Below the pieces are notes generated by a model. It saw only the letters and a program-made list of their open reading frames with translations, was not told where the DNA came from and ran no database searches. Of a stretch of 64,000 nt of DNA, positions 9,949 through 19,345 are shown piece after piece; position 1 is the stretch's first letter, and every line of letters starts with the position of its first letter. A program made the translations under genes and the position numbers. The DNA lies in the NCBI GenBank assembly GCA_964416505.1, contig CAYQEJ010000001.1, forward strand, positions 1,692 to 65,691, read 5' to 3'. This stretch comes from an uncultured Gammaproteobacteria bacterium (GTDB taxonomy: Bacteria > Patescibacteriota > Microgenomatia > Levybacterales > UBA12049).

Positions 9949-10857
9949 TTATTGTAACGTTTCTATGGGTCCTAAGGGAATAACATCATTTGGATCATCT
10001 AGAAAAAAATAAAGAACAGGTCCCCGCGCTGAACCATCTACTCTTTCAAGGTAGTTCATTACTTCTGGAGAACCACCAAGATGTTTTCCTGTCCATTCAG
10101 CTGGTCCTGCATCTCCGATCACTGCTACAACTGCTTTACCGTTTTGCGGATTTACGACTAGCATTTTTCTAAATTTAAAAAAATCTCTATATTCGGCAAC
10201 TCTAGAATTAAAATCCGGAGCAAGAAATGTTTGAACAGCTATATAATACTTTTCTCTTTCTGTGTCTTCTTCAGTCAAATTTGCCCGAGAAGTTGCAAAA
10301 TATCCCCACGCGCCCAGACCTGGTGCCATTCCCGAAGAATAATATTTCGAAGCTTCATCTTGATTTCCGTCGAAATGCGAACTCATATTGTCTCCGGGAT
10401 ATCTTGCTAAGTGCTGTTCTGCGCCAATCAGTCCATAACTTCTGTTGAGCCTAAGCCCATTTATTTCGGGTTTTACAGTTACGCCAAAGGTTTTCGAAAG
10501 AGTTGCGCTAATAGAAGCCTCTTCGTCTCCGGTTAAAGGTCTTACTAAATCTGGGAGTTCTTTGGAAAGATTCGACATAAGAAATACTCTATTGTTGATT
10601 TTTTGAGCTTCCTGGCTTGCGACAACTGCGCCTCCTGCGCTATCTTTTTTAATTGGAGAAGTTAGAAGGATAAGACTTCCTAACGAGCCTACTGCTAATT
10701 GCTTGGAATTATCCGCAAGCCATTTAAATGAGTCTTTATGTTTTTTAGCAATTCCTTCTGTGAGATCTCTGTGTCTGCTGGTCCATTTATCTTTAAGAAA
10801 TTGATAGTTGGGAGATTGCATATAAAAATTGTAGCAAAAAAGTGAACCTGCAAGCAA
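9949..10857 (-). CDS. RlpA-like double-psi beta-barrel domain protein (putative cell-wall binding/lytic)
   Basis: C-terminal 'MLVVNPQNGKAVVAVIGDAGPAE...GSPEV' matches the RlpA/expansin DPBB pattern. N-terminal hydrophobic segment. Confidence 0.4.
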   Translation of the reverse strand: MLAGSLFCYNFYMQSPNYQFLKDKWTSRHRDLTEGIAKKHKDSFKWLADNSKQLAVGSLGSLILLTSPIKKDSAGGAVVASQEAQKINNRVFLMSNLSKELPDLVRPLTGDEEASISATLSKTFGVTVKPEINGLRLNRSYGLIGAEQHLARYPGDNMSSHFDGNQDEASKYYSSGMAPGLGAWGYFATSRANLTEEDTEREKYYIAVQTFLAPDFNSRVAEYRDFFKFRKMLVVNPQNGKAVVAVIGDAGPAEWTGKHLGGSPEVMNYLERVDGSARGPVLYFFLDDPNDVIPLGPIETLQ

Positions 10858-11096
10858 TTTGCTATAATAGGTTTATGAAGGAGAGATTATTTGAAGTAGC
10901 GCTTTTCTTAGTGGGATTAATTGGACTTTTGATTTTATTTACTGTGCTATATAAAGGTCCTCGTTTTATTTTGAGTTTTATTCTTCGATACTTTAATATT
11001 TCCTAAAACATAACCTCACCCTTTTTAAATACAAGATTAAATCCTATCAAAAAGAGTGAGGTTAATAAGTGCTTATTTAGTAAGACTTAGATTGGC

Positions 11097-11327
11097 TTAC
11101 TTTTTGGACATATTCATCCACCAATCATAGAAAAGCCATAATCCGGCTGCTCCTACTAATATATACACGACCCATTCTACTTGTGGCATAGAACCTAGAA
11201 CCATATTAACTACGTTCCAGTTTGCTCCCATGAATCCACCAAGTCCTACGAGTCCCCAGTTAAGCGCACCTACTACTACAAGGAGGGTTGCTACTAGTTC
11301 TACCCATTTCATTGTGTCTTTACTCAT
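11097..11327 (-). CDS. DUF378-family small membrane protein
   Basis: 'VGALNWGLVGLGG...' two-TM signature. Confidence 0.6.
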   Translation of the reverse strand: MSKDTMKWVELVATLLVVVGALNWGLVGLGGFMGANWNVVNMVLGSMPQVEWVVYILVGAAGLWLFYDWWMNMSKK

Positions 11328-11531
11328 TTAATCTCACCTCCTTTACAAATAAAATAGCTTATATATCTAGTTAGGCATATAGCAAATTGCGTGTCAAGTG
11401 TCTCTCAAAAATGAATCTATTTGAATAATATTGTTCTACTTTTATTCTATTGATTTGCGTATAATTTTCTCGTATATTATTAATATGCAACTGCCCAAAT
11501 TCTTCAAAAAAGTTCTCCATATGTATGCTTT

Positions 11532-12800
11532 TTGGTTTTTGTTATGAGGGAAAAAGTTATACTTCATATAGATTTTGATTCTTTTTTCGCTTCATGCGAA
11601 CAACAGTTTAACCCTTCTTATAGAAATAGACCAATTGGTGTTACAGCCACAAACGGTAGAACTTGCATAATTGCGGCTTCCAGAGAGGCAAAGAAATTCG
11701 GAGTTAAAAATGTGACCAGGGTATGGGAAGCTAAGAAATTATGTCCTCAAATTATTCCGGTTCCTGCACATTTTACGAGATATTGGGAGATAACCCAGAA
11801 GTTCTTGAATATCTGTAAAGATTACTCTCCTTATGTAGAGCTTTTTTCTCTTGACGAAGTATTCATGGATATTTCATCAACAGAGCATTTGTTTGGTGGG
11901 CGTATGAAGATTATTGAAATCATTAAGAAAAGAATACGGGAGGAAATTGGCGAATACATTACCGTGTCAGTGGGCCTTTCTTATAATAAGCTTCTTGCGA
12001 AACTTGGATCAGGAATGAATAAGCCAAATGGATTTACCCATATTAAAAAAGATCAAGTTGAAGAAATTTATTCAAAGATTAAGCTTACTGATTTTTGCGG
12101 AATCGGAGAAAGAGTTGAGAAAAGATTAAATAAAATTGGAATTTTTACTCCACTTCAGCTTAGATCTGCATCTCTAGACATTCTAATTGAAGAGTTTAAA
12201 GATGTAGAAGGACATTTTTTAAAAAACTTAGGACTTGGTGAAGATGAACGTGATGTAATTCCCTATTATTTGCCTCAGGAGACAAAGTCGGTTGGTAGAA
12301 ATTATTGTATGCCGAAAAACGAATTTGATCAAAGAATAATTCTTCAAAATGTTTATGAACTTTGTGAGGAAATAGGAATAAAGCTAAGGCGTCTTAATAA
12401 GAAAGCCAGAACGATTGGTCTTTATCTAGGTGGAGCGCATACTTTTCATGGTAGAAAAACTTTAAGTTATCATATAGATAAAGGATCAGACATTTTTTCT
12501 CTTTGTAAAATTCTTTATGATTCATGGGGTTTAGCTAAGCTGCCCTACGAAGAAGGAATGGTTAGGCAAATTAGTGTTTGGGCTGGAAATTTAGAAGATA
12601 GTATAAATTTGACTCTTTCTCTTTTTGATACTCAGATAAAAACTTCTAAAATTCAACCGACAATTGATGCTTTAAATAAAAAGTTTGGACATAACACTAT
12701 AAGAAATGGTTTTGTGATGGATGGTCCAAATCTTAAAACAGTTCCAAATGGATTTATGGCAGATAGATTTGAACGAGCAAAATTAGTAGGAGTGATTTAG
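11532..12800 (+). CDS. dinB: DNA polymerase IV (Y-family)
   Basis: 'ILHIDFDSFFASCEQ' catalytic motif, 'FSLDEVFMD', and little-finger region. Confidence 0.85.
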   Translation: MVFVMREKVILHIDFDSFFASCEQQFNPSYRNRPIGVTATNGRTCIIAASREAKKFGVKNVTRVWEAKKLCPQIIPVPAHFTRYWEITQKFLNICKDYSPYVELFSLDEVFMDISSTEHLFGGRMKIIEIIKKRIREEIGEYITVSVGLSYNKLLAKLGSGMNKPNGFTHIKKDQVEEIYSKIKLTDFCGIGERVEKRLNKIGIFTPLQLRSASLDILIEEFKDVEGHFLKNLGLGEDERDVIPYYLPQETKSVGRNYCMPKNEFDQRIILQNVYELCEEIGIKLRRLNKKARTIGLYLGGAHTFHGRKTLSYHIDKGSDIFSLCKILYDSWGLAKLPYEEGMVRQISVWAGNLEDSINLTLSLFDTQIKTSKIQPTIDALNKKFGHNTIRNGFVMDGPNLKTVPNGFMADRFERAKLVGVI

Positions 12801-13606
12801 ATCAGGCAGACTTTTTTAGCTTCTGAAATTATATCGTCTCTTTTATTAAGAGGGATAGAGATTTGATTTAGGATTTCTGGATTTTCGCAAATACTTTTAA
12901 CCAAGACAACATTTTTGGCCAACAATTCTTGTTTTTGAGGCATAGAAAGAAATGATAATGCAGTTACAGGATAAAGCTTAAACTTTTCCACGAGTTCTCT
13001 CATGCTCTCTCCTTCCGGATGTTCCCAGCTTAAAACTTTTATACTTTGGCAGTCTGAGTACGCGAGTGCGTCAACTGTAACTTTTGTATTAGTAGCGAGC
13101 ATAACATCTGTAAATCCATGTTTTTCTTTCAGATCATCAAATCGGGCTTTTGTATAAAGAGCAACCTGAACATCTGATCTGGATCCGGGTCTATTGTGGA
13201 ATTTGCACTCAACCATTATTTTTTGAGTTTTATTTTTTGCAATAATATCTACTTCATGACTTACGCATTTGCCCATTAAGATTTCACCAACTTGTGTTTC
13301 ATATCCCTGAGCTTTTAAAATTTCTGCAACATATGCTTCGAATGGAAACCCCGTAGGCCCTAAATCCATGAGAGCGCGTTTTAAGGAGTATTTATTTTTA
13401 TAATAAGGGCTTTTTGTGTGTCCTAGATATTCTTCTAGATGGTAGTAGATTTCATGAGTTGGAATGTTTTCATAAAGATTTGATTTAATGTGCTCTAGAA
13501 CTTCTTCTTCAAGGTTTGCTGGAATCCCCGCTCGTCTAATTGAATCAATTAACTTTTTTTCGCTAAAATCTTCTGGTTGTCCATTTGCTTTTATAACAGT
13601 GGGCAT
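12797..13606 (-). CDS. ATP-cone domain fused to Mrr-type restriction-endonuclease-like domain
   Basis: N-terminal 'VIKANGQPEDFSEKKLIDSIRRAG' is NrdR-like ATP-cone. The central region has the Mrr_cat pattern (acidic/Lys residues 'HEVDIIAK...ECK'). Confidence 0.5.
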   Translation of the reverse strand: MPTVIKANGQPEDFSEKKLIDSIRRAGIPANLEEEVLEHIKSNLYENIPTHEIYYHLEEYLGHTKSPYYKNKYSLKRALMDLGPTGFPFEAYVAEILKAQGYETQVGEILMGKCVSHEVDIIAKNKTQKIMVECKFHNRPGSRSDVQVALYTKARFDDLKEKHGFTDVMLATNTKVTVDALAYSDCQSIKVLSWEHPEGESMRELVEKFKLYPVTALSFLSMPQKQELLAKNVVLVKSICENPEILNQISIPLNKRDDIISEAKKVCLI

Positions 13607-13618
13607 AAATTTATAATA

Positions 13619-15046
13619 TCAGGAAGAAACTTTTTTGAACATAAAGAAATTGCCTTCATTTTTTATTAGTGAAAAGTTAGGATTTTTCTTGATTTCTTCA
13701 AGTAGCATTTTTTCATCATCCTTTGTCGTATTTGTTATGAGAAATAAGACAAAGTCTGAATTTTCGATTCCTTGAGGGACTACGAAGATATTTTTTCTGT
13801 GAGAGAGATGAGAACCTAAATTATTTGAAGAGCTAACTAATGCTTCTTCAGGAATAGTTTTTAACATTTCATCAATGACGAGTCTTTCAGCCAAAGGTTT
13901 TTGGAACATATCTATATTTGGTTTTTTAGCAAATGGAAGTGGACCATAAGTATAAGAAGAAATTAAAGTTGTAATCAAAATCATAGGAATAAGCATATTG
14001 AAGGTAATTTCTGGAAAATATTTTTTAATTCCGAAAATTGCAAAAATTGCGGAAATGAAAATAAAAGGCGTAACTGTTGAGGAATATTGATAGTAAATTT
14101 GATGAAGAGGCGGGTTCTCACTTAATAAGCTTATTACTAAATCTGGTCCAGTAAATATTAAGTAAATTGGAGCAAGAAAAGAAAGATAAGAAAGAGGCAT
14201 AAATAATTGTTTGATGTAGCCCACCCTATCAGGTAAAAGAAGTGTTTCAATTGTTCTAACTGGATTTAAGAAAATATTTTTAATAATATTTCCAGGTGAA
14301 TCTCCGAAATCAGAATAATATTCAAGAGCAAAATGTGCAGATCCTAAAGAGCTTGGTATAGCAATCCAAACAAGGTAGTAAAACAAGAAACACGAGATGC
14401 TAAAAAGTAAAACTCCAAGTAGTTTCTTCTTATGAAAGAAGATTAAATAAAGCCCAAATAAAGAATTAATAAACCAAACTTGCTCTTTAGTAAGTCCTGA
14501 TAAAATGAGAAAAAATATACCAAGTGCGTAATTTTTTTTAATAAAAAAGTAAAAAGCACCTAGAATAAAAGTTGTTGCAAGCGAGACTGCATGAAAGTCA
14601 TACAGATTTACATAGTTAACTGCAGGATTTAGAAAATAGCACAAAGAAAGCGCAAGTGATAAAGTACGATTTTTTAAAATTTCTTTTGAGATAAGATAAA
14701 CAAACACTCCTCCCATTGAAAGGGTAATTGTCTGAATGAGTAAAAGCATTTTTGGATTTTCCCAAATCAAGTAAAATGGAGAAAGAAAAGCTAAGATAAA
14801 ATCTGCATGAAATGCAAGACGTGACACTTCGCGAATTCCGTTGGGGTCAGTCATTTTAAATATATTTCCATGCGCTGTGTTCCAAACAGTCTGGGCCATA
14901 TTTCCAAGGTCAAATCTTCCGGTGTAATAATTGTCGTATCTTAGAAAGCTAGCAACACTAAAATACACAGCATAAATAGCAGAAGCTAAGATTAGAATTA
15001 TCTCTTGCCAGTATAAGTTTATTTTTTTAATTTTAAATTTCTCCAT
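13619..15046 (-). CDS. DUF2079-family polytopic membrane protein (putative envelope glycosyltransferase-like)
   Basis: 'RFDLGNMAQTVWNTAHG...LAFHADFILAFLSPFY' matches the DUF2079 N-terminal motif. Paralog of the 51799 ORF. Confidence 0.5.
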   Translation of the reverse strand: MEKFKIKKINLYWQEIILILASAIYAVYFSVASFLRYDNYYTGRFDLGNMAQTVWNTAHGNIFKMTDPNGIREVSRLAFHADFILAFLSPFYLIWENPKMLLLIQTITLSMGGVFVYLISKEILKNRTLSLALSLCYFLNPAVNYVNLYDFHAVSLATTFILGAFYFFIKKNYALGIFFLILSGLTKEQVWFINSLFGLYLIFFHKKKLLGVLLFSISCFLFYYLVWIAIPSSLGSAHFALEYYSDFGDSPGNIIKNIFLNPVRTIETLLLPDRVGYIKQLFMPLSYLSFLAPIYLIFTGPDLVISLLSENPPLHQIYYQYSSTVTPFIFISAIFAIFGIKKYFPEITFNMLIPMILITTLISSYTYGPLPFAKKPNIDMFQKPLAERLVIDEMLKTIPEEALVSSSNNLGSHLSHRKNIFVVPQGIENSDFVLFLITNTTKDDEKMLLEEIKKNPNFSLIKNEGNFFMFKKVSS

Positions 15047-15951
15047 ATAATAATGATTAATAGAAAAGAAAGTTCAGAAATTATCAAAACAATTCTTGTA
15101 AAGATTGACATCGCTGCAGCATCAGATGTGCTAATAGCTTGAGATAAGCCTAGGATTACTATCAGTTCTCTAATTCCAAGCCCGGTTGGTGCTATAAAGG
15201 ATAGGTAGCCAACTAAAAGCGCAAAAGTGAACAGCGATGGTAAAACAACAATTTCTGGTTTATGAAATCCGAAAATGGAGGCAAAAACTACGTAATTTGC
15301 TAGTCCAAATATTGCATAAGTTATCAATGAGGTTAGTATTAGTTGAATTTTTCCATTTTTATTAAATCCTGGAAGAACTAAAGATGATAATATGCCTTTA
15401 TCTTTTGCATACCTATTTCTATAGAAAAAACCCGTTGCCAAAAAATAAATGGCTACGGCAATCATGCTTAATGGCACAAAAGCTTTAAGCTGACTCCAGT
15501 ATGTTGTGTTTCCAAGTATTACATAAATTATTAAAGTGGAAACTATGCCGCATCCTATTATGACTAGCTGTATGTCTGCGATTAACGCTGCTCCCAAAGA
15601 TTTATTATCTACTCCCAACTGCTTGAATAAAGCACCCCTACTTAAAAATGACCAAATATTCCCGGGCGTGTATCTTTTAACTTCAGACAAAGAAAATCTA
15701 TAGGTATTATCTAAGAAATTTATTTTATTTCCTTTTAGTTCTAAAGACCTTCTCCAGAGAACAGATCTCATCAAAAAATAAACAAAGAATAGAAAAACAC
15801 CAATGATTACGACGTATGGATTCACATCAGAGATATTAATATTTAACTTAGACTTTTGGTCTGCAATCAGCTTAATTACAAAAAATATTGAAACAATGGA
15901 AAGTGGCCAGCCAATTAAAAATTTTCCCCAGGAAATAATTCGCGAATTCAT
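15019..15951 (-). CDS. lysylphosphatidylglycerol-synthase TM-region (flippase-like, MprF/YbhN family) protein
   Basis: About 8 TM segments with the 'RYTPGNIWSFLSRG' and 'APTGLGIRE' motifs of UPF0104. Confidence 0.6.
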   Translation of the reverse strand: MNSRIISWGKFLIGWPLSIVSIFFVIKLIADQKSKLNINISDVNPYVVIIGVFLFFVYFLMRSVLWRRSLELKGNKINFLDNTYRFSLSEVKRYTPGNIWSFLSRGALFKQLGVDNKSLGAALIADIQLVIIGCGIVSTLIIYVILGNTTYWSQLKAFVPLSMIAVAIYFLATGFFYRNRYAKDKGILSSLVLPGFNKNGKIQLILTSLITYAIFGLANYVVFASIFGFHKPEIVVLPSLFTFALLVGYLSFIAPTGLGIRELIVILGLSQAISTSDAAAMSIFTRIVLIISELSFLLIIIIWRNLKLKK

Positions 15952-15999
15952 CTAACTAAATTATATCTAAAGTACTTTGCAAAACCAATCTTTTTGAAT

Positions 16000-16695
16000 T
16001 TAATTTCCAGTTTCTCCTTCGCTTCGGAATCTAAGATCAGCGCGTCTAATTTGTAAATATGGACTTTCTGAGTTATTTGCGAGAAAAGACATTACAGCTT
16101 TTCTAGCTGTTTTTAGGTTATGCCATAGCGCATGATGAGTGGTTATGTCACTTCCAAGTCTATCTAAATCACCAAGAATAAAATCTGTTGTTTGAAGTCT
16201 TCTGTTGTAAATAAAGAAGTAAGCATCACTTGGGATTAATATATTGTGATCTGCTGCCAATTTGGCATGTTGAATAATCGAATCTGTTAATGTTGATGGT
16301 ATGGCCTCGTCTTTTATTTGAGGCAGCCCGAGTTCAAATAAAGTTCTGTTGTTACTCAATGCTATTGCGGAATCTGCATTTCCATCTGTCATAAGTATGC
16401 TTGTTCTGTCTCCGCTAATTCTATATGTGGGAAATACCTTAAGACCAGCTTTTTTTGCTCTTCGATAATTATTAAATGCTCTTTCTGCACCTTGTTTTGC
16501 TCGAGTAGGGTCTCCTAAAAATTTTTTTACAATAAATCTTCTAGGACGACCAAGAACTAATGTTTCTGTTTGATAAATTCTTCCGTAAGCTCCCCCTCCG
16601 GGAATATACTTTTCACTAACGACCTGAATCCACGAAGGCGTATTGTCATATTTAGTATATTTAGCTGATTTTCCAGGTGTTAGTGTCTCAGACAT
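16000..16695 (-). CDS. hypothetical protein with protein-kinase-like motifs, atypical composition
   Basis: G-loop-like 'GGGAYGRIY', 'VKKF' lysine, and 'GDLDRLG' (DFG-like). Promoter TCCTATAG-TTGATT-17-TATAAT, with the -10 8 nt before the ATG. Confidence 0.35.
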   Translation of the reverse strand: MSETLTPGKSAKYTKYDNTPSWIQVVSEKYIPGGGAYGRIYQTETLVLGRPRRFIVKKFLGDPTRAKQGAERAFNNYRRAKKAGLKVFPTYRISGDRTSILMTDGNADSAIALSNNRTLFELGLPQIKDEAIPSTLTDSIIQHAKLAADHNILIPSDAYFFIYNRRLQTTDFILGDLDRLGSDITTHHALWHNLKTARKAVMSFLANNSESPYLQIRRADLRFRSEGETGN

Positions 16696-16703
16696 AGAGA
16701 ATG

Positions 16704-16741
16704 ATTATAAGCTATTTTAAGATCTAAATCAAACTATAGGA
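16704..16741 (-). promoter_or_regulatory. sigma70-type promoter with TCCTATAG upstream box for the 16000..16695 gene
   Basis: On the minus strand: tcctatagTTGATT-17nt-TATAAT-8nt-ATG. Confidence 0.55.
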
Positions 16742-16784
16742 TATAATTAATCCAATTTGAATATTGTTTTTAGGCATAGATTGG

Positions 16785-16825
16785 TCCTATAGTTAGTTGT
16801 AAGTACGTTTGATTTGTACTACAAT
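16785..16825 (+). promoter_or_regulatory. sigma70-type promoter with TCCTATAG box for the deacetylase gene
   Basis: tcctatagttagTTGTAA-17nt-TACAAT-7nt-ATG (16833). Confidence 0.5.
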
Positions 16826-16832
16826 ACGCATT

Positions 16833-17492
16833 ATGGAAAAATTAGCCAAATATGATCCTACAAAAGATAAACCAAGGATAGCTATTTCTTCTGATGACGG
16901 TCCGTACCCCAAAACTATAGAAGGGCTTTTGGGTGTACTGCATGATAAAAAAGTTCCGGCTACTCTCTTCTGGATTGCAGAAAACGCTAAAAGATTTCAA
17001 AAACAAGATCCTGTATGGTTTGAAAAAGTACTTTATCAGATAAACGACGAAGGACATGAGATAGGTCTTCATGGACCGAGCGATTATGAGCCGAGCGCCT
17101 GGACCAGAGCGGTTACCGCTCATGGACCACGTGAAATTAGACGTGCATATTGGGATCTGGAAGCAATGACTGGAATGGAGGTAAGGTATTTTAGACCACA
17201 TATTCTTCTCCAGCCGTTGGCGGTAGCCGCAGCAAGAATGCTCGGACTTCGAACTCCAATTCCTGATGCAGCTAACTATGCAGATGGTGCTGCTCCGGTC
17301 GATGAACAAGTTAGAAAATTTTCAGGTGGACATGAAGGAAGTATATTGGTATTTCATGACGGAATAAGTAAATATAGGCAGACCACGAATGCAGTTGCCG
17401 CTCTTCCTTTGGTAATTGATATTTTAAGAGCTAGAGGACTTGAACCAACAAATATATCAGGTCTTCCCCACGGATCCTACAGATCAATCTAA
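16833..17492 (+). CDS. polysaccharide deacetylase (NodB homology domain)
   Basis: 'IAISSDDGPY' (motif 1), 'EIGLHG' (motif 2) and 'RPH' (motif 3). The ORF-track start at 16809 is a TTG extension; the first ATG is at 16833. Confidence 0.65.
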   Translation: MEKLAKYDPTKDKPRIAISSDDGPYPKTIEGLLGVLHDKKVPATLFWIAENAKRFQKQDPVWFEKVLYQINDEGHEIGLHGPSDYEPSAWTRAVTAHGPREIRRAYWDLEAMTGMEVRYFRPHILLQPLAVAAARMLGLRTPIPDAANYADGAAPVDEQVRKFSGGHEGSILVFHDGISKYRQTTNAVAALPLVIDILRARGLEPTNISGLPHGSYRSI

Positions 17493-17530
17493 TTTGCTGT
17501 ATAATTTTATTTTGAAAGGGGGTGAATTAT

Positions 17531-17947
17531 ATGGCAAAATTAAATCCTTATTTGCATTTTAAAGATAATACTCGTGAAGCTATGAATTTTTATAAATCTA
17601 TATTTGGAGGAGAGCTCACGATGAGTACTTTCAGAGAAGGTATGAATGATAATGGTCCTGCGGCTGATAACATCATGCATGCGCAGCTTACTATTGGTCC
17701 TGAAATGACACTTATGGGATCTGATACTCCACCTGGTATGGAGATTAATCCGGGTTCAAGCGTAGGAATGTCTTTAAGCGGAGAAGCAAGTGATGAAGAG
17801 AAATTAAAAGGTTACTGGGAAGGATTATCAAACGGGGCGAATATAACTGTTCCTTTGGCTAGTTCTCCATGGGGAGATACTTTTGGAATGCTAACAGATA
17901 AATTTGGAATGGAATGGATGGTAAATATCGCTGGTAAGAAGGAATAA
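17531..17947 (+). CDS. VOC-superfamily PhnB-like protein (glyoxalase/bleomycin-resistance fold)
   Basis: 'YLHFKDNTREAMNFYKSIFGG'. SD GGGGGTG 6 nt before the ATG at 17531; the track start at 17522 is GTG. Confidence 0.55.
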   Translation: MAKLNPYLHFKDNTREAMNFYKSIFGGELTMSTFREGMNDNGPAADNIMHAQLTIGPEMTLMGSDTPPGMEINPGSSVGMSLSGEASDEEKLKGYWEGLSNGANITVPLASSPWGDTFGMLTDKFGMEWMVNIAGKKE

Positions 17948-18002
17948 TCCTTCAGTGGAAATTCTTAAAAGCTCATTTTCCGTGAGCTTTTTTGATGGGA
18001 AA

Positions 18003-18746
18003 TTAAACTTTTGCTTCTTCTGATCTAGGAAGATCAATATTTTTTAAAATATCCCTAATTCTAAATGGTCTTCCTGCCAATGCTGGTGCAGCTGATCGTA
18101 CAGGGAGAGCCAAAGCTATTTGAATTAGATTAAGATCCATATAATCTTCAGCAGCATCAATCTGGTAGCCTGGCGCATTTACGGGTGAGTTGTGTTTGTA
18201 AGGCTCAAAAGACATGGACATTATTCCATAAGGTAAAAGTCTTTCATATGGAGTAGCAAAGCGTTCAAGAGTATCTACGAGAGCCATTCCTTTTAAAGCA
18301 AGAAATCTAATTTCTTCAGGATCTACTTCGTCTTCACCTTCTGCCATTTTTGTTTCAACTACAAGCCCCTTGTCTTTAGTTGATATTCTAATAGAATTTA
18401 CTTCAGGAGCTCTTTGATCCTCAGGAATAACAATTAAGCCATTATTAGAAATACGTACAGCGCTTTTATCTTTAAAAGCTATTGCTGATAAATTTAATAT
18501 TGCTTCGTATCTAGCGAAATACATTACTGATTCGAATTCTTGCTGAAGCATTTCTCCGGATGATGAGTTTATTCTTACGACACCGTATCTTCCATCACTT
18601 AAATTACCAGTAACGATATAATGAGATGCAACATATCTTCTATTTTCCCTATCGCTTGAATTGTAAAGTCCTACTCGCACATCTGGATGCGCTTCTAGGA
18701 TTGCTTCTACTGGTGTTAATGAAGGACCTTCTATAACTCTCGACAT
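18003..18746 (-). CDS. hypothetical protein, atypical composition
   Basis: The ORF-track start at 18764 is a TTG extension; the first ATG is at 18746. It is preceded by tcctatagTTGAAA-17-TAAAAT-8-ATG. Confidence 0.45.
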   Translation of the reverse strand: MSRVIEGPSLTPVEAILEAHPDVRVGLYNSSDRENRRYVASHYIVTGNLSDGRYGVVRINSSSGEMLQQEFESVMYFARYEAILNLSAIAFKDKSAVRISNNGLIVIPEDQRAPEVNSIRISTKDKGLVVETKMAEGEDEVDPEEIRFLALKGMALVDTLERFATPYERLLPYGIMSMSFEPYKHNSPVNAPGYQIDAAEDYMDLNLIQIALALPVRSAAPALAGRPFRIRDILKNIDLPRSEEAKV

Positions 18747-18754
18747 AGATGGGA

Positions 18755-18790
18755 ATTTTACCAAAATAAGAGGTTATTTTCAACTATAGG
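18755..18790 (-). promoter_or_regulatory. TCCTATAG-box sigma70 promoter immediately downstream of tRNA-Lys(CTT)
   Basis: Minus-strand sequence tcctatagTTGAAAataacctcttattttggTAAAAT. Confidence 0.5.
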
Positions 18791-18796
18791 ACTAAG

Positions 18797-18868
18797 TGAG
18801 CCGCCAGAGACTCGAACTCTGAACCGATTCCTTAAGAGGGAATTGCTCTACCATTGAGCTAGCGGCCC
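18797..18868 (-). tRNA. tRNA-Lys (anticodon CTT)
   Basis: Cloverleaf readable: acceptor GGGCCGC/GCGGCTC, D-loop GCTCAATGGTAGAGC, anticodon stem ATTCC/GGAAT with loop CTCTTAA, T-arm GGTTCGAGTCT. No encoded CCA. Confidence 0.8.
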
Positions 18869-18914
18869 TAAAAAATTGTTCGCATTTTTTCAGGGTAAAC
18901 CCGAATTAATGCAT

Positions 18915-19169
18915 TTATTTTGTTAATTTAGCAATCAATTTCAATTTATATTCTTTTTTCCATTTTTTGATCGCTGCTTCTCTTTTCCTGGCTTCAGACT
19001 GGTTTGTATACAATTCCGAATATACTAAACTTACTGGTCTTTTGCCTCGAAGTGATTTCGCACCTCGATTACTTGTATTATGTTCTAAGACACGTCTATT
19101 TATATCTGTTGTTATGCCTGTATATAAACTTTCGTCGCTACATTTTACTATATAAACGTGCCAATTCAT
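18915..19169 (-). CDS. GIY-YIG nuclease-family protein (standalone, about 84 aa)
   Basis: 'WHVYIVKCSDESLYTGITTDINRRVLEHN...GAKSLRG...LVYSE' is a canonical GIY-YIG core. The long ORF-track form overlaps tRNA-Arg, so I trimmed it to the internal ATG at 19169. Confidence 0.7.
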   Translation of the reverse strand: MNWHVYIVKCSDESLYTGITTDINRRVLEHNTSNRGAKSLRGKRPVSLVYSELYTNQSEARKREAAIKKWKKEYKLKLIAKLTK

Positions 19170-19227
19170 AATCAACAAATGTTTGCCCTGATGTTTGCAC
19201 TGAAAAATTTCGCTAAATTTTTTAGTG

Positions 19228-19300
19228 CGCGTCTGACAGGAGTCGAACCCGCAACCCCCTGGTCCGAAGCCAGGTGCTCTATCCATTGAGCTACAGACGC
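19228..19300 (-). tRNA. tRNA-Arg (anticodon TCG, tentative)
   Basis: Acceptor GCGTCTG/CAGACGC, D-loop AGCTCAATGGATAGAGC, anticodon stem CCTGG/CCAGG with loop CTTCGGA, T-arm GGTTCGACTCC. Confidence 0.65.
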
Positions 19301-19345
19301 AGATCAATTTTATCAAATCGTCTTGTAGTACTCAAATGAGGAGTA

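Noticed and set aside
10875-11090. Possible 44-aa membrane micro-ORF (10875..11009) and a long-loop inverted repeat AACCTCACCCTTTTT…AAAAGAGTGAGGTT downstream of the DUF378 gene.
   Set aside because: The ORF is too short to support without conservation. The inverted repeat is a plausible bidirectional terminator, but that is unproven and a low priority.
16842-17309. 155-aa minus-strand ORF inside the deacetylase gene. Similar antisense ORFs were noted at 1035..1235, 6477..6752, 6858..7082, 7444..7638, 9990..10448, 21645..22025, 22477..22713, 29409..31167, 44812..45592, 47109..47318, 50422..50616, 51300..51518, 52515..52718, 54946..55260, 57235..57420, 58758..59042 and 59947..60174.
   Set aside because: All are embedded antisense to well-supported genes, with no promoter or RBS context and no domain signal.
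18915-19316. Full 133-aa ORF for the GIY-YIG gene.
   Set aside because: The upstream 49 codons overlap tRNA-Arg on the same strand and are Cys/Gly-rich nonsense. The conserved domain begins at the internal ATG (19169).
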